From the NCBI GenBank assembly GCA_903844265.1, contig CAIMTB010000475.1, forward strand, positions 1 through 59,134: DNA of 59,134 nt, read 5' to 3'. The notes beneath the pieces were generated by a model. It searched no databases, was not told the DNA's origin, and was given only the letters and a program-made list of their open reading frames with translations. The number at the start of each line of letters is the position of its first letter. The stretch's first letter is position 1. This stretch comes from an uncultured Verrucomicrobiota bacterium. Its GTDB lineage: Bacteria; Verrucomicrobiota; Verrucomicrobiia; Limisphaerales; CAIMTB01. The position numbers were made by a program, and so were the translations under genes. Below are positions 37,918 to 47,577 of this stretch, piece by piece.

Positions 37918-40680
37918 ATGGCTACGAAAGCGACCCCGAAAACCAAAGGCCAGAAGTACGTCTACGTCTTCGGCAACAAGAAGTCCGACGGCGATGGCTC
38001 CATGAAGCCGCTGCTCGGCGGCAAAGGTGCGAACCTCGCCGAGATGGCCCGCATCGGCCTCCCTGTTCCTCCCGGTTTCACCGTCACGACCGAGGTCTGT
38101 ACCTATTACTACGCCAACAAACGCACCTACCCGAGCGTCCTCGACGCCCAGGTCAAGGCCGGCGTCGCCTCCATCGAAGGCGTCATGGGCACCAAGTTCG
38201 GTGACAAAGCCGCCATGCCCCTCCTCGTCTCCGTCCGCTCCGGCGCGCGCGACTCGATGCCCGGCATGATGGACACCATCCTCAACCTCGGCCTCAACGA
38301 CACCACCGTCCTCGCGCTGGTCAAGGCCACCAAGAACGAACGCTTCGCGTGGGATTGCTACCGCCGCTTCGTCCAGATGTACGGCGACGTGGTCATGGGC
38401 GTCCAGAAACGCGCCAACGAGGACCACGACCCCTTCGAGGTCGTCATCCACGGACTCAAGCACGAGCGCTATCATGCGGACATCGAGGACACCGCGCTGA
38501 CCGTTGGCGACCTCCAGGAACTCGTCGCCCGCTTCAAGAAGCTCATCAAGGAACGCGCCGGCGGTGAGTTTCCCCAGGACCCCTGGAAGCAGCTCTGGGG
38601 CGCCACCAGCGCCGTGTTCGGCTCCTGGATGAACGACCGCGCCATCGTCTACCGCCGCAAGTACGGCATCCCCGCCGAATGGGGAACCGCTGTCAACGTG
38701 CAGGCCATGGTCTACGGCAACACCGGCGACGGCTCCGGTTCCGGCGTGGCTTTCACCCGCAACCCAGCCAACGGCAACAAGGAATTCTACGGCGAATTCC
38801 TCATCAACGCCCAGGGCGAGGACGTCGTCGCCGGCGTCCGCACCCCCGAGCCCGTGCTCCAGCTCAACAAGCACATGCCGGCCGCCTACAAGGAACTCGA
38901 CAACATCCGCAAGACGCTCGAGAAGCACTTCAAGGACGTCCAGGACTTCGAGTTCACGATCCAGGAAGGCAAGGTCTTCATGCTCCAGACGCGCAATGGC
39001 AAACGCACCGCCATGGCCGCGCTGAAGTTCTCCATGGACATGTTCAAGGAGAAGCTCATCGACTGGGAAACCGGCGTGATGCGCAACCCGGCCGACCAGC
39101 TCGACCAGCTCCTCGCCCCGGTGTTCGACCTCGCCGCGATCAAGAAGGCGCCGGTCATCGCGACCGGCCTCCCCGCCGGCCCGGGCGCCGCCTCCGGCAA
39201 GATCTACCTCAACGCCGACCGCGCCTCCGCCGCGGCCGACAAGGGTGAAAAAGTCCTGCTCGTCCGCAACGAGACCTCCCCGGAGGACCTCCGCGGCATG
39301 ATCGCCTCCGAGGGCATCCTCACGGCCAGGGGCGGCGTCAGCTCGCACGCGGCGCTCGTCGCCCGCCAGATGGGCAAGGTCTGCATCTGCGGCGCCGCCG
39401 CGCTCCAGATCGACTACGTCACCAAGACGGTCAAGGTCGCTGGCCAGACCTTCGGCGAGGGCGACTTCCTCTCGATCGACGGCACCTCCGGCACGGTCTT
39501 CGCCGGCCAGATACCGACCGCCCCGTCCGAGATCATCGCGGGCCTCATCGGCGGCAACAAAGCCGCCCAGGCCACGGAGAAGTTCAAGAACTTCCAGCAG
39601 CTCATGAAGTGGTGCGAAAAGGCCACCCGCCTCCAGGTCCGCACCAACGCCGACAACCCGGAACAAACCGCCAACGCCCTCGCGTTCGGTGCCACCGGCA
39701 TCGGTCTCTGCCGCACGGAACATATGTTCTTCGAAGGCGACCGCATCGACGCCATGCGCGAGATGATCCTCGCGGACAACGTCGACGATCGTAAGAAGGC
39801 CCTCGCGAAGATCCTGCCTTATCAGAAGGGCGACTTCGCGGGCATCTTCCGCGAGCTCAAGGGATACCCCGCCACCATCCGCTTCCTCGACCCGCCGCTG
39901 CATGAGTTTCTCCCCCACGAGGAATCCGCGCAGGCCGACCTCGCCGCCAAGATGGGCGTGCCGGTCGAAAAGATTAAGCAGCGCGTCAAGGAACTCCACG
40001 AGTTCAACCCCATGCTCGGATTCCGCGGCTGCCGCCTCGGCATCGTCTACTCCGAGATCTCCGAGATGCAGGCCCGCGCCGTCTTCGAGGCCGCCGCCGA
40101 AGTCCAGAAGGCCGGCATCAAGGTCAAGCCCGAGGTCATGATCCCGCTCGTCGGGTTCAAACGCGAACTCGACCTCCAGGTCGAGGTCGTCCACCGCGTC
40201 GCCAAGGAGGTCATGGCCGAGAAGAAGATCAAGCTCAGCTACCTCGTCGGCACGATGATCGAAGTCCCGCGCGGCGCCCTCACCGCCGATGAAATCGCCC
40301 AGACGGCCGAGTTCTTCAGCTTCGGCACCAACGACCTCACCCAGACCTGCCTCGGCATGAGCCGCGACGACTCCGGCTCGTTCCTCCCGCCCTACACCGA
40401 ACTCGAGATCGTGAAGAAGAATCCCTTCGCCTCGATCGACCAGGCCGGCGTCGGACAACTCATGAAGATCGCCGTCGAGAAAGGCCAGGCCTCCCGCCCC
40501 GGCATCAAGCTCGGCATCTGCGGCGAACACGGCGGCGACCCCGAGTCCGTCAAGTTCTGCCATCGCACCGGGCTCACCTACGTGTCCTGCTCGCCGTTCC
40601 GCGTCCCGGTCGCCCGCCTCGCCGCCGCCCAGGCCGCCATCGAGGAAAAGCGCAAGACCGCCGCCACCAAGAAGAAGTAG
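37918..40680 (+). CDS. ppdK: Pyruvate, phosphate dikinase
   Basis: ATG 37918 ([19 protein letters not shown]). [30 protein letters not shown] (catalytic His), and [13 protein letters not shown]. Confidence 0.95.
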   Translation: MATKATPKTKGQKYVYVFGNKKSDGDGSMKPLLGGKGANLAEMARIGLPVPPGFTVTTEVCTYYYANKRTYPSVLDAQVKAGVASIEGVMGTKFGDKAAMPLLVSVRSGARDSMPGMMDTILNLGLNDTTVLALVKATKNERFAWDCYRRFVQMYGDVVMGVQKRANEDHDPFEVVIHGLKHERYHADIEDTALTVGDLQELVARFKKLIKERAGGEFPQDPWKQLWGATSAVFGSWMNDRAIVYRRKYGIPAEWGTAVNVQAMVYGNTGDGSGSGVAFTRNPANGNKEFYGEFLINAQGEDVVAGVRTPEPVLQLNKHMPAAYKELDNIRKTLEKHFKDVQDFEFTIQEGKVFMLQTRNGKRTAMAALKFSMDMFKEKLIDWETGVMRNPADQLDQLLAPVFDLAAIKKAPVIATGLPAGPGAASGKIYLNADRASAAADKGEKVLLVRNETSPEDLRGMIASEGILTARGGVSSHAALVARQMGKVCICGAAALQIDYVTKTVKVAGQTFGEGDFLSIDGTSGTVFAGQIPTAPSEIIAGLIGGNKAAQATEKFKNFQQLMKWCEKATRLQVRTNADNPEQTANALAFGATGIGLCRTEHMFFEGDRIDAMREMILADNVDDRKKALAKILPYQKGDFAGIFRELKGYPATIRFLDPPLHEFLPHEESAQADLAAKMGVPVEKIKQRVKELHEFNPMLGFRGCRLGIVYSEISEMQARAVFEAAAEVQKAGIKVKPEVMIPLVGFKRELDLQVEVVHRVAKEVMAEKKIKLSYLVGTMIEVPRGALTADEIAQTAEFFSFGTNDLTQTCLGMSRDDSGSFLPPYTELEIVKKNPFASIDQAGVGQLMKIAVEKGQASRPGIKLGICGEHGGDPESVKFCHRTGLTYVSCSPFRVPVARLAAAQAAIEEKRKTAATKKK

Positions 40681-40726
40681 GCCGGTTCAGCCCTGGCTGA
40701 TTCCGTCTGTAATCCAATCCGCGAAC

Positions 40727-40757
40727 GCCGCCCCGGGAAACCGGGGCGGCTTCTTTT
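40727..40757 (+). terminator. Rho-independent terminator after ppdK
   Basis: GCCGCCCCGG-gaaa-CCGGGGCGGC, a perfect 10-bp stem, followed by TTCTTTT. Confidence 0.7.
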
Positions 40758-40823
40758 CAGGCCGAAGGCGCCGGAGGCTGAGAAGCATGGACTTCATGCC
40801 ACGGGCCTTGATTTCATCGCCGC

Positions 40824-41888
40824 GTGAACGCGACCCCGGGCTTTCGGCTGAGACACTTCGCCAGCGACAACAACTCGGGGATCTGCCCCGAGGTCTGGAC
40901 CGCGCTCGAGGAGGCCAACCGCGGCCATATCTCCGGTTACGGCGACGATCCGTGGACCGCGCGGGCCTGCGACCTCATCCGGGAACTGTTCGAGACCGAT
41001 TGCGAGGTGTTCTTCGTCTTCAACGGGACCGCGGCGAACTCGCTCGCCCTATCCGCGGCGTGTCGTCCCTACCATGCGGTGATGTGCCACGAACTCTCGC
41101 ACATCGGGCGGGATGAATGCGGCGCCCCGGAATTCTTCAGCGGGGGCGCGAAGCTCTGGGCGCTCCCCGGCGAGCACGCCCGTCTTTCACCCGAGAGGGT
41201 CGATGCGGCCGTGCGGTCCCACTTCAAGCTGCACAGCTCCAAGCCCGCCGCCCTCAGCCTGACCCAGGCAACCGAATGCGGGACGGTGTACCGGCCTGCG
41301 GAAATCGCCGCGCTCTCCGAGGTCGCCCGACGACACGGGCTCAAGGTGCACATGGACGGCGCACGATTCGCGAACGCCGTGGCCTCGACCAATGCCTCGC
41401 CACGACAGCTCACCTGGGATTCCGGCGTCGATCTCCTGAGCCTCGGGCTCACCAAGAACGGCGGCCTCTGCGCCGAGGCGATCGTCGTGTTCGACCTCGC
41501 GCTCGCGCAGGAGCTCGACTACCGGATCAAGCAGGGCGGACAACTGGCCTCGAAGATGCGGTTCCAGGCGGCCTCGTGGATCGGCCTTCTCGGCGATGGC
41601 GCGTGGCTCCGGCATGCCCGCCACGCCAACGCCATGGCCGCCCGCCTCGCCGCCGCCCTCGAACCGATGCCAGCCACCCGCCTCCTCCATCCTCGCGAGG
41701 CCAACGGCGTATTCATCGACCTCCCCCCGCAGGCCATCGAGTCGATGCACGCCCGCGGCTGGCATTTCTACGTGTTCGAGGCCGCGACCGGATGCCGGCT
41801 CATGTGCTCCTGGGACACCACGCCCGGCGACATCGACAGCTTCGCCGCCGACCTCGCCCCCTCCTTGGGGTCAAACCTGAATTGTTGA
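40824..41888 (+). CDS. ltaE: Low-specificity L-threonine aldolase / beta-eliminating lyase family
   Basis: GTG start. FASDNNSGICPEV, FVFNGTAANSLAL, HMDGARFANA, and LSLGLTKNGG (PLP Lys). Confidence 0.8.
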   Translation: MNATPGFRLRHFASDNNSGICPEVWTALEEANRGHISGYGDDPWTARACDLIRELFETDCEVFFVFNGTAANSLALSAACRPYHAVMCHELSHIGRDECGAPEFFSGGAKLWALPGEHARLSPERVDAAVRSHFKLHSSKPAALSLTQATECGTVYRPAEIAALSEVARRHGLKVHMDGARFANAVASTNASPRQLTWDSGVDLLSLGLTKNGGLCAEAIVVFDLALAQELDYRIKQGGQLASKMRFQAASWIGLLGDGAWLRHARHANAMAARLAAALEPMPATRLLHPREANGVFIDLPPQAIESMHARGWHFYVFEAATGCRLMCSWDTTPGDIDSFAADLAPSLGSNLNC

Positions 41889-42012
41889 CATTTGCAGGGC
41901 CCGGGCGCGGCGATCATCCTGGCTGCTGGGATCATTCCAAGAATGTCAACATTATAGAATTGAACCCAAGTCTAATTCCATCGGCTTGAGCCGGAGGGGA
42001 TGAGGTGGAAGG

Positions 42013-42867
42013 ATGGTCCCGGGAATGCGCAGCAATCTTCATGGCGGGCGGAAAGGCACGAGCCAGCGTGGCTTCACGCTGATCGAGTTACTGGTGGTGA
42101 TCACGATCGTGGCCATCCTGGTCAGTCTGGTGCTCCCAGCACTCAGCAAGGCCAAGCAACAGGCCAGGAAAGCCAACGAAATCAGCGCCGCCCGACAGGT
42201 GATCCTGGCATGGCACCTTTATGCCGACGACTACCTGGAAAAGGTGCTGCCCGGGTACCGGTACGGCTTCCCAGCCAAGGATTTCCAGGGGAACGATGTC
42301 GTCTTCCCGATCAACGCCCGCTACCCGTGGCGTCTCGCGCCCTACCTCGGAAACAGCTTCGACGTCATCTACGCCAACGAGAACCACGCCCTCCTCGAGA
42401 AATTCCGCCGCATGGAGGACAAGTCCCTCGGGATCTATGCCGCCAGCGTGTTCCCCTCCCTCGGCGTCAATGCCATCTTCGTAGGCGGCGACGACCTCGA
42501 CCTTCCTCCGTCCGACGCGGCGTTCGCCAAGTTCGGCGACTTCTGCGTCCTCCAGCGCACGCAGATCGAACGACCCTCGGAGCTCATGGCCTTCGTCTCC
42601 GCACGCGGCCCGTTCGAGAACAAGATCGTGAACGGCTCCCACGTCGTGAAACCCCCGTACCTCGATACCCGCCGCTGGTCCGCGAAATGGGATCCCACGG
42701 AAAACCCGGAGTCCTGGGGCTTCGTCCACCCGCGCTACAACGGGCACGCGGTCGCAGCCGTCACCGACGGCCACGTCTCGCAGCCCGGCCTCCGCGAACT
42801 TCAGGACATGCAGATCTGGGCCAACCCGGCGGACCGTTCGGACTGGGTCCTCAAACGGAGGCCCTGA
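42013..42867 (+). CDS. Prepilin-type N-terminal cleavage/methylation protein (PVC-type pseudopilin, H-X9-DG family variant)
   Basis: [26 protein letters not shown]-terminal RYNGHAVAAVTDGHV aligns with the H-X9-DG motif of the paralogue at 57990..58718 (H replaced by Y). Confidence 0.7.
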   Translation: MVPGMRSNLHGGRKGTSQRGFTLIELLVVITIVAILVSLVLPALSKAKQQARKANEISAARQVILAWHLYADDYLEKVLPGYRYGFPAKDFQGNDVVFPINARYPWRLAPYLGNSFDVIYANENHALLEKFRRMEDKSLGIYAASVFPSLGVNAIFVGGDDLDLPPSDAAFAKFGDFCVLQRTQIERPSELMAFVSARGPFENKIVNGSHVVKPPYLDTRRWSAKWDPTENPESWGFVHPRYNGHAVAAVTDGHVSQPGLRELQDMQIWANPADRSDWVLKRRP

Positions 42868-42879
42868 TTCCCCGGGGGA

Positions 42880-43920
42880 TCAGCGCTTCCTGCGGAAACC
42901 GGGCGGCAGGCCGCTCGGATCAACGTCACCGGCTCCGGACGCGGGCGCCTGCGGGATCTCCTCCCCCAGCGCTTCCAAGCGCTCGCGAGCCTTCGCTGCC
43001 GCGGGAGTTTCGGGACACTCGATGCAGATGCGCTGCATCAGCGCGACGGCCTGCGTCCCGCGGTCGAGCCGATTGTAGAGGTTCACCAGGTGGATCGCCG
43101 CCCACCCGCGACGGTTCGGCTCGAGCGGACGCTTCAGGACTTCCTCGTACTCCAGCGCCGCCGCCAGCGGGTTGTTCAGATCCTTCTCGTAGATCTCCGC
43201 GATCCGGAGCTGGGCATGCACCGCCTTCGGATTCGCCACGTGGAAATCGCGCAGCATCCGCACGGCCTCGAGATACTCCCCGCTCCCGTAGACCTTCTCG
43301 ATCTTCTCGTAATCCGTGTCGCCGACATCCGCCCCCCGGTCATCGAACAGCAACTGCGTCGCCCGGCTGGCCGTGTAGCTCGTGAGGTCATACGCGGACA
43401 GGAATCCAAGTCCCACCAGGGAAACCACCGCCAGAAGCCCGCAAATGATCATGCGTCCAAGTCCAGGACGCGCGCCGCTCTCCATTCGCATCGGGACCGC
43501 TTCGTTCTCGGGCGTCACCTCGCCGGCAGCCGCGGCAACCTCGTTGGTCTCCGCATCATCCGCGATGGCGGGGGCAGCGTTGGTGCCGTCCCCTTTCTTC
43601 GGCGGGGAGGAAGCGGTCCCCGTCGTCGAAACCCCGGCCTCATTCGTCACGCCGCCCACACCCTTCGGCTGGGTGGCCTTGGATGCCGCCGCCCCTGAAA
43701 CGACGGCATTGGACTTCGTGCCTGGCTTGGCGCTGACCGCGGCGGCGGACGAGCGTTTCACCGGCACTGCACCATCCGCGGTGGAACGACGCCAACTCTG
43801 CAGGAACAAGGTTCCAAACAGGAGCGTTCCCACGGCGGTCACGACATAGAGCCCGAGCTTCAGCTGCGCTTTCATCTCATCGGCGAACGCCCTGACAGTC
43901 GCGGACCCACGCCTCTGCAT
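42880..43920 (-). CDS. Hypothetical membrane-anchored protein with Ala/Thr/Gly-rich linkers and C-terminal TPR-like helices
   Basis: ATG 43920 (the tracked start 43923 is TTG). TM LGLYVVTAVGTLLFGTLFL and a second TM MIICGLLAVVSLVGLGFL. C-terminal YLEAVRMLRDF...AQLRIAEIYEKDLNNPLAAALEYEEVL... is helical-repeat-like. Confidence 0.5.
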   Translation of the reverse strand: MQRRGSATVRAFADEMKAQLKLGLYVVTAVGTLLFGTLFLQSWRRSTADGAVPVKRSSAAAVSAKPGTKSNAVVSGAAASKATQPKGVGGVTNEAGVSTTGTASSPPKKGDGTNAAPAIADDAETNEVAAAAGEVTPENEAVPMRMESGARPGLGRMIICGLLAVVSLVGLGFLSAYDLTSYTASRATQLLFDDRGADVGDTDYEKIEKVYGSGEYLEAVRMLRDFHVANPKAVHAQLRIAEIYEKDLNNPLAAALEYEEVLKRPLEPNRRGWAAIHLVNLYNRLDRGTQAVALMQRICIECPETPAAAKARERLEALGEEIPQAPASGAGDVDPSGLPPGFRRKR

Positions 43921-43999
43921 CAACGCGTTTCACGAAGCACACCCCTCCCCCTCCCACCTTGCCAGGACTACAATTGTAGCCTTAGCTCGCTACTAGCAC

Positions 44000-44842
44000 A
44001 TGCCCTTCTTCACGCTGCTCTTCCTCTTTGCCGGACTGGCGACCGTCACCGCCGCATGGATCTGGCTGATTGTCATTGCGTTCAGGGACAAGGACAATCT
44101 TTGGGGCACGCTGCTGATCGCCGGGATCTTTGTCCCGCCTTTCGCGCCGATCATCTACACCATCCTGAACTGGCGGCGCTGTTCGCGCGCCGCCATCACC
44201 TTCTACAGCGGCTGTGGACTCTCGGTGATCGCCCTTGTGACCCTTTTCGCCGGTCTTAAAAACACCATCGAAAACTCCCCCGAGATCAAGGCCGCCATCG
44301 CCCAGGCCCAGGCCCAGGCCGAAAACCAAACCGCCGCCCGCGCCGGGCGCACACCCTCCTCCAAGGCCCCGGACGCTCTGCCCAGCGTACCCACCCCATC
44401 GCCCGAGCCGCCCGTCGCTGATCCCAAGCCCGCCCCTGCCAAACCCATTGCCGTCGCCCCAAAGCTCCCGGCTCCTCCCGCTCCCCGCCCCGCCCAGGTT
44501 CAAGCCCGCCCCGCCGCCGTGGATCCCAGCATCCCGCCCGCGGAACTCTCGACGCTCTCCATCAGCGACGCAGGCCCCAACCAGCTCCGCACACTGCGGG
44601 TCCAGCTCGCCAACCTCTCCCCCCGGCCGATCCGCGAACTCAAGCTCGACCTCACCTATCTCGATGCCCGAGGCGAACGCCTCGGCGGTTGGACCACCGT
44701 CCACTCCGGGACCGGTTCACTCGCTGAGGCCCAGTCGACCAACGAATTCACCATGACCGCGTTCTTCGTTCCCCGGTTCACCGAGAAGATCCGGATAGGC
44801 GTTGCCACGGCGGTCTTCACGGACAACTCGCGCTGGCCCTGA
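44000..44842 (+). CDS. Hypothetical membrane protein (3 TM, Pro/Ala-rich linker, C-terminal beta-rich domain)
   Basis: ATG start. MPFFTLLFLFAGLATVTAAWIWLIVIAF, LLIAGIFVPPFAPIIYTIL, GCGLSVIALVTLFAGL. No motif recognised. Confidence 0.5.
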   Translation: MPFFTLLFLFAGLATVTAAWIWLIVIAFRDKDNLWGTLLIAGIFVPPFAPIIYTILNWRRCSRAAITFYSGCGLSVIALVTLFAGLKNTIENSPEIKAAIAQAQAQAENQTAARAGRTPSSKAPDALPSVPTPSPEPPVADPKPAPAKPIAVAPKLPAPPAPRPAQVQARPAAVDPSIPPAELSTLSISDAGPNQLRTLRVQLANLSPRPIRELKLDLTYLDARGERLGGWTTVHSGTGSLAEAQSTNEFTMTAFFVPRFTEKIRIGVATAVFTDNSRWP

Positions 44843-44875
44843 ACATCGGCTCACGGATCGGCCCCACCCCGCCCC

Positions 44876-46237
44876 ATGCTCCCGCAGTCCCCGGACCGCT
44901 GCGCGCCCCTTGCGATTGCCCGTCGCGCGGGCGCCCGACTCGTCTCGCTCGCGGTCTTGTGTTTGTTGGCTGCGAACGCCGGGGTCCTGCCCGGGATTGA
45001 TGTCCTCGAGAGCGACGGATTCATCGCTCTGCGTGGAAGGAGAATCGGTCTGCTCAGCAATCCTACCGGCGTCGATCGCCGCGGCATCCCCACCTGGCGG
45101 CTGCTTCATGACGCCCCGGGCCTGAAGCTCGTCGCGCTGTTCGGTGCCGAGCACGGATTCGATGGCCGGGCGAAGGCTGGCACCGAAGTGCCCGATGGAA
45201 CAAACGTCGCCAGCGGCCTGCCTGTCTACTCCCTGTACGGCCCCGGCCACGCCCGCAGACCCACGCCGCGCATGCTGGCGGGCATTGACACGCTGGTCTA
45301 CGACATCCAGGACACCGGCTGCCGGAGCTACACCTACATCAGCACTCTGGGCCTCGCGATGGAGGGCTGCGCCGCGGCCGGCGTGAACTTCGTCGTCCTC
45401 GATCGTCCCAACCCCCTCGGCGGCGCGCGCGTCGAGGGCCCGGGTCTCGACCCGAAATTCAAGTCGTTCGTCGGCCAATGGCCCGTGCCCTACGCCTACG
45501 GCCTCACACCCGGTGAACTCGCCCGCATGATCAACGGCGAGGGATGGATCACCAACCGCTGCCACCTCGACGTCATCGCCATGCGCGGTTGGAAACGTCG
45601 CATGACGTGGAAAGACACCGGCCTGCGCTGGATCCCAAGTTCCCCCAACGTCCCGTCCGGTGAAACCCCGCTCTACCTCGCCGCCACCGGAGTCCTCGGC
45701 GAGATCGGAGGACTCAACCTCGCGACCGGCACCCCCCTCGGCTTCCAGGTCATCACCGCTCCCTGGCTCGATTCCCGCCGCTTTGCCCAGCGCCTCAACG
45801 CCTGCCACCTCCCGGGCATCGCGTTCGACCCGGTCGACCTGGACTTCAACCGTGATCCAAAGGATGGAGCCGAACTTCACGGCGCCCGAATCCGGATCAC
45901 CGCACCCGCCACCGCACCGATCGTCGCCGTGAGTTACCACGCGCTCGAAGCCGTCAAGGCCGTGTCGGGCCATGATCTCTTCAAGCAGGCGGTCGAGCGT
46001 GGCCGCAGCTGGGACATGTTCGACAAGGTCACCGGATCCGACCGCACCCGCATCGCGCTGGGCCGGGGCCAGAAGGCGCGGGACATCATCGCGTCGTGGA
46101 AACCGGTCGAGGACGCCTTCCGCGAGCGCCGCCAGAAATACCTGATCTACCCCGCCGAATCGCGCCTTCCTACCCGCGCCCCGTCAGCCGCTTCAACTCC
46201 TTCAACGGCGCATCCACCAACTCCGCGGTCACGATGA
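44876..46237 (+). CDS. DUF1343-family protein (NamZ-like exo-beta-N-acetylmuramidase family)
   Basis: GIDVLESDGFIALRGRRIGLLSNPTGVD, ALFGAEHGFDG, VYDIQDTGCRSYTYISTL, FVVLDRPNPLGG. The 3' end overlaps the convergent ClpX-like gene by 68 nt. Confidence 0.8.
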   Translation: MLPQSPDRCAPLAIARRAGARLVSLAVLCLLAANAGVLPGIDVLESDGFIALRGRRIGLLSNPTGVDRRGIPTWRLLHDAPGLKLVALFGAEHGFDGRAKAGTEVPDGTNVASGLPVYSLYGPGHARRPTPRMLAGIDTLVYDIQDTGCRSYTYISTLGLAMEGCAAAGVNFVVLDRPNPLGGARVEGPGLDPKFKSFVGQWPVPYAYGLTPGELARMINGEGWITNRCHLDVIAMRGWKRRMTWKDTGLRWIPSSPNVPSGETPLYLAATGVLGEIGGLNLATGTPLGFQVITAPWLDSRRFAQRLNACHLPGIAFDPVDLDFNRDPKDGAELHGARIRITAPATAPIVAVSYHALEAVKAVSGHDLFKQAVERGRSWDMFDKVTGSDRTRIALGRGQKARDIIASWKPVEDAFRERRQKYLIYPAESRLPTRAPSAASTPSTAHPPTPRSR

Positions 46238-47495
46238 ACTTCCTCACCCGGCTCGAGGGCAGGCGGTACTTCAGGTCCCGGAACACCCGTTCACAGACCG
46301 TCATCAGGCCGCGCGCCCCGGTGCCCTCCTCGCTGGCCATCTGCGCCAACCGCCGCAAACCGTCATCACGGAACTCGACTTCGATGCCATACGCACCAAA
46401 GGCCCGTTCATATTGGTGAATCAGGCTGCTCTCGCTCTTCCTCAACACATTGAAGAGGTCGTCGCTATCCAACCCGTGACACGCGACGCGCACCGGCAAT
46501 CGCCCGACGAACTCCGGCTCCAACCCATAGGCAATCAGGTCCGAGGTGGTCATCTGCGCAAGGACAGGGTCCAGCATCGACGCCGAGCCCCTTGAACGCC
46601 TGCCGGGAGCGGATGATTTCAACAACGCATCCAGCCCGGCTCCTGCTTCCGGGGATTTCCCCTTCCCCTCCGCACGCAGCCGCGAGGCAGACTGCCGCTC
46701 CAGCCTGCTGCGAATGAGACGGTCGATCCCCGAGAACGCCCCGCTCACGATGAACAGGATATGCCGGGTGTTGATCGTCTCTGAATGCGGCGTGCCGCCC
46801 CCGCGCATCGCTGCCATCGCACTCTGCAATTGGCCGGTCACGTCGTTCGGCGACACCAACGGCACGTCGCCATCCTCCATCAGCTTCAGGAGATTCGTCT
46901 GGACCCCACGACCCGAGACGTCGCGGCCCGCCCCCGGCTCCTGAGTCGCCAGCTTGTCCACCTCATCGAGGTAGATGATCCCGTGCTCGGCTTTCCGCGC
47001 GTCCCCGCCCGCCCGCCTGACAAGGTCGCGCACCAGGTCATCGACATCTCCACCGACATAGCCGGTCTCGGAAAACTTGGTGGCGTCGGCCTTCACGAAC
47101 GGCACGCCGATAAGTTCCGCGGCAGAACGGATCAGGTGGGTCTTACCCACGCCGGTCGGACCGAAGAGGAGGACGTTCTGCTTCTGGTAGAACGGCGCCT
47201 GCTCCCCCTGGAGACTCAGGCGCACGTGCTGGAAATGATCGCACAACGCAACACTCAGCACCTTCTTCGCCTCCCGCTGGCCGATGACAAAACGGTCGAG
47301 ATACCGCGAGACATCGACCGGCATCAGGTCAAAGCCAAACGTGTCCGAAGGCGCCGCAGTCTCCGCAACGCCGGGCTTGGTCGAGGCATCGAGCTTCGAC
47401 TTGCGCAGGGAACGCCTCGGGACCGGCGGCTTCTCGGGCACGCCCTCCGTGACGGGCCCCAGCGAGTCCGGGTGTCCGGATGGTAGGTTGGACAT
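46170..47495 (-). CDS. ClpX-like AAA+ ATPase lacking the N-terminal zinc-finger and the IGF loop
   Basis: LDRFVIGQREAKKVLSVAL, LLFGPTGVGKTHL (Walker A), ETGYVGGDV (pore loop), IIYLDEVDKL (Walker B), EPEFVGRLPV, GTGARGL (sensor 2). Confidence 0.8.
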   Translation of the reverse strand: MSNLPSGHPDSLGPVTEGVPEKPPVPRRSLRKSKLDASTKPGVAETAAPSDTFGFDLMPVDVSRYLDRFVIGQREAKKVLSVALCDHFQHVRLSLQGEQAPFYQKQNVLLFGPTGVGKTHLIRSAAELIGVPFVKADATKFSETGYVGGDVDDLVRDLVRRAGGDARKAEHGIIYLDEVDKLATQEPGAGRDVSGRGVQTNLLKLMEDGDVPLVSPNDVTGQLQSAMAAMRGGGTPHSETINTRHILFIVSGAFSGIDRLIRSRLERQSASRLRAEGKGKSPEAGAGLDALLKSSAPGRRSRGSASMLDPVLAQMTTSDLIAYGLEPEFVGRLPVRVACHGLDSDDLFNVLRKSESSLIHQYERAFGAYGIEVEFRDDGLRRLAQMASEEGTGARGLMTVCERVFRDLKYRLPSSRVRKFIVTAELVDAPLKELKRLTGRG

Positions 47496-47577
47496 GCAAA
47501 ACCCCCGGGGAAGCCAGCCATCAGACGTCGGTCACCCGATCCGGCACTGACCACTGGCCAAATCCCCGGCGAAGTCC

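Noticed and set aside
37873-40563. 896-aa ORF antisense to ppdK. Similar long antisense or out-of-frame ORFs include 35734..37734 (-), 18608..20089 (-), 11148..12491 (-), 23615..24847 (-), 26012..27292 (-) and 49278..50429 (+).
   Set aside because: Each is nested opposite or out of frame with a gene carrying unambiguous family motifs. Their translations are Gly/Ala/Arg/Asp/Pro-rich low-complexity strings with no motifs. In GC-rich DNA, stop codons are rare in shadow frames. I treat them as non-coding.
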